Shown piece after piece: positions 9,457-19,606 of a stretch of 64,000 nt of DNA (positions within the stretch are counted from its first letter, which is position 1; the number at the start of each line of letters is the position of its first letter). The position numbers and the translations under genes are program-made. The stretch lies in NCBI GenBank assembly GCA_965240325.2, contig OZ251230.1:2418001-2482000 (forward strand), given 5' to 3'. This DNA comes from Rebecca billardiae RCC1528 (taxonomy: Eukaryota > Protista > Haptophyta). The notes under the pieces were generated by a model. It was not told the DNA's origin and searched no databases. It saw nothing but the letters and a program-made list of their open reading frames with translations.

Positions 9457-12400
9457 ATGAAGAAGCGGACGGGAGCGCTGTTCCTCGTCGCGCTCGCCGC
9501 GCATCGAGCGGACGGCGGGTCGTTCTGGACGCGAGCGCGCAGCGCGCGCCCCTCCGGAGCCGATCTCGACACGGATGGTGGCCCCGCGGAGGACATGGTT
9601 GTGCCGCACAGCATGCCGGGCGCCGGTCCGCGGCTGCTGCGCGGCCTGCGCTCGCGACGGCCGGCTGCAAGCGCCGTGCGCTTCCGCAAGGCGGACGTGG
9701 GCGCGTTCAAGGAGTGCATCGATCGCGTTGCCGACCACCCCGGTGGCCCGCTTGCGCTGATGGCGGTGCGTGCCCCGCCGAGGCTGGCGCGTTGCGCGCG
9801 GCGCTGCGCGCGCGCGGCGCTCCCCGCGCGCGCGCCGCCGCTCAGCAGTGCGCGTCCCCCGCGCGCGTGCGCGCGCGCGCGCGCTCGCAGCTGTTCCTGT
9901 ACATCCAAAACATCCGCGCGGACCTCTCCGACCCGGAGCGTCGGCTCGTGTGCCTCCTCAGCCCCACGTTCACGTCCTGCGTCGGTGCGGTTCCGGGCAG
10001 TCTCGCGGCTTTGCAGGCGGCGGGCTTCACCGCGACGCACCAGGCGCACGACGGCACGCCGTACCTGCTCATGCCCGTGGCGAACGCGCGGCAGCTCGCC
10101 CTGCTCGACCGCGAGCTCCGCGAGCGGCTGCACCTCCCGCCGGGCCCGGTCCCGGCCGGCTTTGCCCAGAGCCAGCTTCCGGGCGCTCGGGTGGGGGACC
10201 CGGCCGCGCTGCGGGACGTGCTGCGCTCGATCAAGACGGCGGTGAACGCGACGCGCGCGATGCACACGATGCTCGGCTACGCGCGCGCGGTCAAGGCGCG
10301 GCCGCACGACCCGCGCTTCCGCCTCGTGCACATGTTCAATCGGTGCGCGCGCGCGCGCCGCGCCGCGCGACGCATTCTGCGTAGCCGGAGGTTCTGCTGC
10401 GCGCCCATGCCGGCCGGCGGCGCGCACTGGCGCGACGCGCACAGCCGCCTCCGACGCCTCGCCTCCCCTCCCTCCTCCACGCGCGCGCGCCTCGCCGCGC
10501 CCCGCCCCGCCCGCCTCTCCGCGCGCCCCGCGCGCGCAGCCAATTCCTCGAGACGGTGGGCTCGGTGCCGCGCGGCTTGGACGCGATGCGCGCTCTCGGC
10601 TTCACCGCCACGTTCCAGTCGGCGGACGGGTCTCCGTTCCTCGTGATGCCGGTGGTCGAGCTGAGCCTGCTGGCGCAGCTCGAGCGCGTGCTGCTCGACG
10701 AGCTGCCGCGCGCGTTCGCGTACGACCGCGTCTTCGGCGCGCGCGCGCGCGCAGCGGGGAGGCCGGCGCCGGAGGGCGCGGCGGAGGGCGCGGGCGACGG
10801 TCAGAACGGCGCGTCGGCGGATTCGCGGAAGCGGCGCGGCGCTGCGGCGGCGCGTGCCAAGCACGAGGGCGGTGAGCACGAGGGCGGCGCCGCGGCTGCT
10901 GGCGCCGGGCGCGACGGCGAGGAGGAGGAGGACGACGCCCTCTTCGCCGACGACGACCCCGCGGCGGCTGGCGACGCAGGCGCGCATCGTGCCGGCGGCT
11001 CCGATGGCGGCCGCAGCGGCCCGCCGGCGGACGGCGGCGGCGTCGGCGGCGGCGCGCAGTCACCGTGGGGCGGCTCGCGCGGCCAGCCGCTGCCACTGCC
11101 GCCGCCGGAGATCCTGCTCCGGGCGCTCTTCGCCTACGCGGTGGAGACCATCGTGCGCCTCGGCCTGCTGCGCCCGCAGATGGGCGGCGGCGGCGCGGAC
11201 GGCGCGGCCTGGCGTCCGGATGGCAGCAACGCGTCCGCGGACGGCGGCAACGCGAGCGCGAGCGGCGCGGGCGGCGCGGCCGGGCGGCAGCCGCCGCACG
11301 GCATGCCGCCGCCCGCTGTGCGCGTGATCTTCGGCCGCCCGCCGCCCGGCGCGATCCCGCTCGGCTCCATGGACCTCCCGCCATTTTTTGGCGGGCCCGG
11401 CGGCGCGGGCGGCAACGCGAGCGCCGCCGGCGGTCCGGGCGGCGACGGCGAGTCTGAGGGCGAGCTGTCCACCCTGGAGGCGAAGCTGAAGGGCGCGCAG
11501 CTGACGGCGGACGCGCGCGAGGTGGCGACGCGCGAGCTGCGCCGGCTGCGCCGCATGTCGCCGCAGCACTCCGACTACTCCGCCACCTTTGACGGAGGAG
11601 AAGGTCTCGATCGCGCGCACGCACCTGCTGCCCAAGCAGCTCAGCCGGCACGGGCTCGGCCCCGCCGAGATTGCAATCTCGGACGAGCTGCTGCAGCTGC
11701 TGGCTCGCAGGTACACGCGCGAGGCGGGGCTGCGCGAGCTCGAGCGCAAGCTGGCCGCGCTGTGCCGCGCGGTCGCCGCCGAGGTGGCCGAGGCGCAGGC
11801 GGACGAGCGCGACGACGAGGAGGAGCCGCCGCCGCCGCCGCCGCCCGAGCGCGCGCACGCGGCGGCGCGCGCGAACCGCACCGCCGCCGTGCCGCCCGCG
11901 CTCGCAGACCGCGTCGTCGTCGGCAGCGGCAGCCCGGCGGGCGGGACGAAAGCGCTTCGGTCGAGGGCGAAGGCGCTGCGCCGCGGTCGGCCCAACGTCC
12001 CGCCGCCGCCGCACGCCGAGACGGCCCCCGCCGCGCCGCCGGAGCCCGACGGTGCCGCCGCGGCGCGCGCTGGCCCGCCCGCGCCGCCGCCCGCGGCCGC
12101 GCGCGCTCCGGTCCAACTGACCGAGGAGAAGATCCGGGCGATCCTCGGTCCGGAGCCGTACCTGGACGAGGCGGCGGAGCGGCTCTCGAAGCCGGGCGTG
12201 GCGATGGGCCTGGCGTACACGGCGGTGGGCGGCGACCTCCTCTTCATCGAGGCTAGTAAGATGGCCGGAACCGGCAAGGTCGAGCTGACCGGCAGGCTCG
12301 GAGAAGTGATGCGCGAGTCGGCGCACACGGTGCGTCCGCCCCGGCCCCGGCCCCCGGCCCACGCGCGTCCGTCCCGGCCGGTGCCGCGCGCGGGCCCGCC

Positions 12401-13214
12401 CCGCGCCGCGCGCGCCGGGCCGGCCGCGCTCGACGCCGCTCGCGCGCGTTCGGAAGGCGGCGGCGTGCGCGCGCGCCTCACGCGCGCGCGCCCGCCGCGC
12501 GCTGCCTGCGCGCGCGCGCCGCCGCCCCGCGCGCCCCCCGCCGCCGCGCGCGCACAGGCGCTCTCGTGGATCAGATCGCACGCGCTCGAGCTCGGCCTGG
12601 TGAGCAACGGCTCGCAGCAGCTGCTCAACGGCACGGACGTGCACCTGCACTTCCCGGCGGGGGCGGTGCCGAAGGACGGGCCCTCGGCGGGCGTGACGAT
12701 CGCGAGCGCGCTCGTGTCCATGCTGCGAGGCGTTCTGTGCCGCTCCGACACGGCGATGACCGGGGAGATCACGCTGCGCGGACACGTGCTGCCCGTCGGC
12801 GGGATCAAGGAGAAGGTGGTAGCCGCGCACCGCGCCGGGCTGCGCCGCGTGATCCTGCCGGAGAAGAACCGGAAGGACCTGAGCGAGCTGCCCGACTACG
12901 TGCGCAGCGACATGCAGTTTGAGTTCGCCACCGACGTGCGGGACGTACTGCGGCATGCGCTCGAGGGCGCTGACGTGGACGCCGCTGCCGGCGACCCGGG
13001 GGCGGGCGGCGCGCCCAAGCCCGGCGGCGATGCGGACGGCGCCGGGCAGCCGCCGGCCGCGCGAGACGACGGCGGGCCGCCCGAGGGCGATGCGCCGGGT
13101 CCGGACCGCCGCTCGCCGCCTGCCATCCGGCGCGACGTGCCGCTGCCGCCGGCGTCGGTGCCGCAGCCGCCGATCGCGCACGCCTCTCGGGCGGACCGCA
13201 GTCCGGTCGCCTGA
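9457..13214 (+). CDS. Signal peptide + two PUB-like domains + Lon protease (S16) with the AAA+ core absent; frame break at ~11585 (introns 9766-9890, 10343-10539, 12330-12557)
   Basis: Lon motifs: RELRRLRRMSPQHSDY, EEKVSIARTHLLPKQL, YTREAGLRELER, GVAMGLAYT..GG, PKDGPSAG (catalytic Ser), AMTGEITLRG.VLPVGGIKEK (catalytic Lys). No Walker A/B between 11580 and 11590. Two repeats of LY..NI...P.RR.V.L....F...VG.VPG.L..L.A.GF. Confidence 0.75.
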
Positions 13215-13608
13215 CGCCCGAACGATGACAGCAGAGGCAGTCTGGAGCTGACCGTCGCGCCACAGAGTCGACACGTGAGATGCCGTGATGGGCCTGTTGC
13301 GTGTGCACCGACAGACAGACGAGGACTCGCTACTGCTACCAACGGCGACCGAGTTCAGAGTGGGGAGAATCGGCTCTGCTGATCATGAGCTCCCGCGGGA
13401 AAGTTCAGCAAAGTTCCACACCACGAGCAGGGTTCGGCTTATTTTTCGGGACCCTCCCGCCCTCGGCGGCGACACGCGCGGCGGAGGACTCGGCGACGAG
13501 AGCGCGTCTTCGTGCGCGCGTGGCTGCGGCGGCCGGCTGCACGCGCGCGCGCCATCTCCCCGCTTGAGCACGCGTCCTCCACGCCCACCCAGCCGCGCGG
13601 GACCCGCC

Positions 13609-16600
13609 ATGCCGCCGCCATCGACGTCGGCGGCGCCGCGGTCGCGCTTTGCCCGTACTCACTTTGACCTCGCGAGTGCGACGAGCTTGTCGGCGCCGGC
13701 GTCGATGATCGCCTCGCCGGTCGAGAAGTCGCCGCCGCCGCCGGCGGAGGGCGGGGGCGCCGCATCGCCCGTCCCCCGACCCGTCCCGCGCAAGATCCGG
13801 CAGCAGCTCAGGGACATGAAGGACCTCGCGATCCCGAGCGCCATCGGGACCGACGGCGTGCCTCGCAAGCTCAGGCACGACTCGGGCCGGATCGAGTCGC
13901 CGACGCCGAGCGGCACGGGCGGTGCGGCGCCTCGCGAGCTGCGCGAGCACGGCTCGGCCCGGCGCGTCTCGGACCCGCTCCCCGCCAAGCCCCGAGAGCT
14001 GCGGCAGCACGACTCGATGCGCGAGGGACTCACGCTGGCCGGGCTCAGCCCGCCTCGGCCTCCGCCTGCGCTGCCGCTGCCGGCGGCGCCAGAGGCGGCC
14101 GTGGCGGCGCCCGCGGCGGCGGCGTCGCCGCCCTCGCACTCGCCGCGCTCGCCGCGCTCGCCGGCCGCGCCCCGCACGCCCGAGCCGAGGCTGCCGCCGC
14201 CGCGCGCGCGGCCGTGGCCGCATCAGCAGCTGCCCGAAGCCGGCCCGGCGAGCGGCGGCGGCGCGGCGCGCGGCGCGCGGCCGCGTCCGCTGCTGCGCTC
14301 GCCCTCGCAGCTGGTCGCGGCGGTGAGCGTGACGCGCTTCGTCAACCCGCTGATGCTCACGCTCGCGCTCGCGACGGCGTTCATGGGCGTCGTCAGCTGC
14401 GACGCCGGCCGCGTCCTCCTCGCGTCTGTGGACATCGCGCTGCGCTGGCAGCTCGCCACGCTGGGCGCGGTCGACGGCGCGGCGCTGGGCTGGCGGCGCG
14501 GCGTGCAGAAGGCGGCGCGCGGCGTGCTGACGGCGGCGATCGGCGTGCCCATCGCGATCGCGACGGGCGGCGACCCGCTCGCGCACCTCGATGTGTACGT
14601 GCGCGCGGCCGGGCACGCGCCGTTTCCGTTTGGGGACGGGCTCGCCGTCCCAGACTACGATCTCGTGAGCGAGATTGTGATGGGCGCGGAGCAGCCGCGC
14701 CGGCCGACGGTGCTGGCGCACCCGCTGCTGGTCGGGGACCCGATGCCGCGCGCGTGCATGCGGCGGGACACGCTCATCTTCCTGCCGTCCGGGCACGAGC
14801 ACACGGCCATCCGGACCCTTGTCCACGCGGCCGTCCCCGGCTTCAGCTGGCCCGCGGCCGAGCCGCCGCCTCTCGAGCTGCCTCGCGAGGGCATGCTGCC
14901 TTCGGCGCGGCCGTCGGCGCGGGCGGGGCCGGGCGCCGACGCGGGGGCGGCGCCGACGGCCGAGCCGCCGAGCGCGGGCGCCGAGCCGCCCCCGACGAAC
15001 GCGAGCGCGGTACGCGAGGCTGTTCTGTACAATCTGTTCCGGCGCATGACCGGCGCGCGGCCAGACGTTCGCACCGCCGCGGCGATGGCGGCTTACTACG
15101 AGCACCTGCCGCTGTGCATGCTCGGGCTGCGCGGCGCGGAGACGGTCGAGGCGCGCGCGACCGTCGCGGCGGGCGTGCTCCGCTCGCCGAGCGGCGCGCG
15201 CCTCGCCGAGCTCTGCGAGGTGCACGGCTGCGACGTCCCGGCACTCGCCCAGCAGCTTGCAGACGGTTTATTGTTTGCGGGCGGGTACGGCACGACCCAC
15301 CTGGCGCTGCACACGCTCGAGCGCATCCGCTCCGACCCGGCGCGGTACGTGCCGCAGTGGGCGAGCGCGCCGCGCGAGTTCCTCCTCGAGTCCGCGCGGC
15401 TCGACCCGCCCGTGCTCAGCGTCACGGCACTCGCCCCCGCGGCCGGTCTGTCCGTGCGCTCGGGCGCGCGCGGCGGCGGCGCGCCGATCGAGCTGGCTCC
15501 CGGCGTGCCGATCACGCTGCTGCTCTCGCACGCCAACCGCGACGGCGGCGCGTTCCACCGGCCGGCGGCGTTCGAGCCTCGGCGGCGCGAGCTCGCCAAG
15601 GTCCTCTCGTGGAACGGGCTCGAGGGCGCGGTGCGCGCGGGCACGGCGCCGCGCGGCTGCCCCGGGTACGAGTTGTCGCTCGAGATTGCTCGCCAGATTA
15701 TAAACGCGTCGCTGCCCGAGCCGGACTCGGCCGGAGTGGCGCCGCTCGAGGGCGGCGGCGCGTGGCAGCTGCGCGCGGAGGCGGCGCGCGAGGGCCGCGG
15801 CGCGTCCTCGCGCGCGCAGCGCGGCGCCGCCGCCCCGCGCTTCCAGGACTCCCGCCAGTTCGCGCACACGTACATCGCCTGGGGCCTCGGCTGCCTGGTA
15901 AGCGGCACGCTTCTTCCGGTCGTGGTCCGGCGGCTGGACGGGCCGGCGACGACGTCGGTGATGATGTTCAGCAACACGCAGCAGGGGAACGTGCTCGGCT
16001 GGCTCGCGCTGACGCAGCGGCTCAAGGTCGCCGACCTCTACCTGCCCGGCGAGTCCGGCCTCGTCCGGCTCAAGAACTGGATCGGGCTGTTGCATTACAC
16101 GGCCAACGTCGTGTCGGCTTACACTTGGATCCGGCTGTGGGTGACGCTCAAGTACCAGGGGCGGCGCGCGGAGGGCCTGGCCGAGTCGGCGGCGGCGCTG
16201 CGCGCGTGCGCGCTCATCGCGCTGCTCCCGCCCGCGCTGTACGCCGCGCTCGGCGACGAGTACCCGCGGCGCTGCCTCTCCGCCATCGCACTCTCCGCGT
16301 ACATTCCTGCCGGTGTGCTTGCTGTCGTCGGCTCGGTGGTGTTCTGGCGCGACCACGGCAGGCGACACATCGTGCTGGCGGCGGGGCTGCTCTCGTGGGT
16401 GGGGATCGTGCAGATGGCGCTCGAGGCGCTCGACTTCCCGGACGTGCTCGCGCTCGTCGTGCACGCCATCCACGCGCTGGCCGGCGGCACGCCCGCGCCC
16501 GGCGCCGAGCTCGATTTTGACGAAGCCCTCGAGGGCCTGGCGGCGCGTGCGCCGCTGCGCGCGGCCGCGGTGAGCGCGCTGAGCTCGGCGTTTCCGCTCG

Positions 16601-19493
16601 TGCTACTCGCGCTGCTGTGGTGCTCCGCGCTGGTGATGGACGGGCAGCTGACGGAGGACGTGGCGTACCCGACGCCGCGGCAGATGCGCAGGGTCGCCGC
16701 CGTCAAGTCCGCCCTCCCGTTTGTGTGCGTCGCGCTTGTGCTGTGCGTGCACCGAGCGCTGGTCCCCGCGCTCGCGAGTGACATCACGGGCTGCGCGCGC
16801 GACGCGCGGCTCCTCGGGGAGCACGCGGCGCGGTGCGAGGCGGTGCTGCACGATGGCGGCGCGGCTGCGCTCGATGGGCTGCGCTCGGCGCTCGACGCCG
16901 CCACGCCGAGCCCGGCCAACGCGACGGCGCTCGGCGCCGACGACGAGGGCGGCGCGGCCGGCGCCGAGGCCGCCGCAGCCGCCGCCTCCGGCGCGCAGCG
17001 GGACGCGCCGCCCGCGCAGCAGCAGCAGCCACGCAGCGGCTCGGAGGCTTCGGCGGAGGCGGCGGCGGAGGCGGTGGACGTGGCGGCGGCGGAGGCGGTG
17101 GACGTGGCCGAGGCGGCGGCGCAGGCGCAGGCGCTCGCGGCGGAGCTGCACGCCGCCGCGATGAGCACGGCGGCTCCAGCGATCGCCGAGCTCCCTCAGG
17201 CCGAGCTGCCATCACAGCCTCCGGCTGTGAACGGCAGCGCGCCGCCCGACGACGCGCGCGCGTGCGCCCACGACCCGACCGCCGCGCTCGACTCGCACAC
17301 GCGCCTCTTCTACGTTCTGATCCGGATGCTGGACGACGGCGCCGCGCCAGACGCCTCAATGGTGGGCGTGCCGCGCGACCGCGCCGCCCATCCCGGCGGC
17401 GGCGGCGGCGCGGCGGCGGCGGCGGCGGCGGCTGGCGGCAGCGCGGCGGCGACACCCGCCGCCGCGGCGGCTGCGGCGGCGCGCGGCGCGCCGCCCACGC
17501 CCATGCTCTCGCGCGAGGTCTTCCGCGCGGAGGGCGGGCGGAGCCTATGGGTGCCAACTTTTGACGAGGACGAGTCGCTCGACACGACGTCCTCATTGGC
17601 CAATGAGCTGTTCGACCGTTACGCCATGTCCGCGACGTTTCACCCGCTCGTGGACTCGGAGGTGCCGTGGGCGCCGCCCTCGCCGGCGGCGGCGGCGCCG
17701 GTGGTGGGCGGCGCGGCCGTGGTGGGCGGCACGGCGGCGGGAGCGCCGAGCGAGGCGGCGGCGACGAGCGCGGCGACCTCCAGCGCGGCGGCCATCATGG
17801 ATCGGCTGCATGACAGGCTGCGCGCGCTGCCCACGCCGCTGTACAACTACTCGCACGCGCTGCACGCCGAGCTGCGACGGCCGCGGCGCGTGGGGGCGCG
17901 CCGCCGCCGCCCGTGCAACGGCGGCGGCGCCGCCGCCTGCCGCCCGGCGGCTGGCGGCGGCGCCGAGGGCGCGCCGCCGGCTGGCGCGCCGCCGCCGCCG
18001 GCCGAACCGCCGCGGTTTCAGCCCCTGCTGGCCGACGAGGCGCTCGCGCACATGGCGTTCGGCGGGCTCGGCGCGCACCTGGCGCGCCGCGCGCGCACGC
18101 CCGCCGAGGCCGCCGCCTCCGCCGCCGCGCTCCTCGCCTCCGGCGCGCGCGCGTGCGTGCCCGGACGCATCCCGGAAACTTCCGCGTTCGAGCTCGACCT
18201 CTCGTGGATGGGCGCTCTCACGGTGAGGCCTCCGTTCGAGCGCTACGGCGCCGTCGCCTTCTTCGACGCGCGGCAGCGGGTGCTGGCGATCTGGTGGTGC
18301 CACGGCGCCGCGCTCGTGTACCCGGGTGCGCGCCCCCGCCGCGCTTCGCGCCCGCCGCGCCGCACGCGCGGCGCCGCGCCGCCGCGCCGGCCGGGCGCCG
18401 GTGACACCGCGCGCCGCCGCGCCGCGCGCCCGCCGCCGCGCGCGCCCGCGCGTGCGCAGGCGACCGTCGATGGGCGCACGCCAAGTGGGCGCTTCGCTCG
18501 AGCCTGCTCTCCGGCGTCACGCTGCGCGACCACCTCGCCGCGACGCACCTCGTCATCGCCAACGCGCTCGCCACCGCCTCGCGGGCGCAGCTCGGCAGCG
18601 CACACCCGGTCCGCCGGCTGCTGAAGCCGTTCACGTATCGAACTATCGCTGTCAACCGCGCGTCGCGCAACCTGCTGACGCAGGAGCTGTCTCTGCTGCA
18701 CCGCACAGTGGCGCTGGACGAGCGCGGGCTGCACGCGGCGTTCAACGCGTCGTTCGAGACCACCCGCGCCGGCTTCGCGCCGCTCTCCGACGGCGTCCTC
18801 TTCTCGGCCGAGCCGCCGCTCGACGCGGGCGAGGCACGCACACCGTTTGCGCACGACCTGAGGCGCTACCGGGCGGTCGTGCGCCGGCTGGTGGACGGCT
18901 ACGTGCGCGAGTACTATGCGGACGACGCGGCGGTGCTGGCGGACGTGCCGCTCGGCGCGTTCTGGGCGACGCTGCGCGCCTTCTTCGCCTCCATCCCGCC
19001 GCTGCCTCCCGCCGAGCCGCCGGCCGCGCCCGCGCCGCCCAGTCACGGCGGCGCGCGCCGGTGGTGGCGCTCGCGCGGCGCGGCCCATGAGCCGGACGGC
19101 GGCGCGCGCGAGATGGTGTGCCGCGCGCTGACGTCGTTCATCGTGCACGTCACCGCGGTGCACAAGCAGGTCGGCGCCGCGGGCGAGTACGTCGCCGACC
19201 CGCGCGTCGCGGGCGGCAAGATCCGGCCGGGCTCGGAGCTGGCGGACGTGCAGGCGGCCGTGCAAGTGCTGTCGATCGCGCTAGTCACGAGCTTCAAGCA
19301 GCCGATGCTGCTGGACGACTTCACGCACCTGCTGCTGCGCGACGCGCACTTTGGCCGCACGCGCCGCCTCTTCGACGAGTTCCAGCGCGAGCTCGTCGCG
19401 CTGGCCGACGCGGTCGAGCGGCGCAACGCGCGCAGGCGCTTCAAGCTGAACGCGTTCAACCCGCGCCGCCTCGCGTGCTCAGTCTCGATCTGA
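13609..19493 (+). CDS. CYP74-like cytochrome P450 - multi-pass membrane domain - lipoxygenase fusion; join(13609..18325,18460..19493), ~1916 aa
   Basis: P450: HTAIR C-helix, FAGGYGTT I-helix, ESAR (ExxR), ANRD..AF..P..FEPRR, and SWNG-x10-PRGCPG heme Cys at 15658. Hydrophobic helices at ~15870-16780. LOX after the GT-AG intron: HLAATH (18531), HPVRRLLKPF, TAVHKQVG (19161), C-terminal SVSI-stop. Confidence 0.82.
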
Positions 19494-19606
19494 CTGTCGT
19501 CGACTCATCGTCTGGCCTCTGGGAGTCTGGGACGACTGGCAGCGCGCGCCTCTGGCGGCAATACTACGTCTACGTCGTCGTCATCGTCAATCATATCGGC
19601 GGAGCA

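Noticed and set aside
13190-13214. Peroxisomal LONP2 assignment
   Set aside because: The C-terminus (SPVA) is not a PTS1, and the N-terminus looks like a signal peptide.
10602-13274. 890-aa minus-strand ORF and many similar Arg/Ala/Pro-rich long ORFs across the window
   Set aside because: Shadow frames of real genes; stop codons are rare at this GC content and no domains are present.
18326-18624. C-terminus of the 1779-aa ORF (ARPRRASRPP...)
   Set aside because: Read-through into the intron and wrong frame; the true product continues in the LOX exon from 18460.
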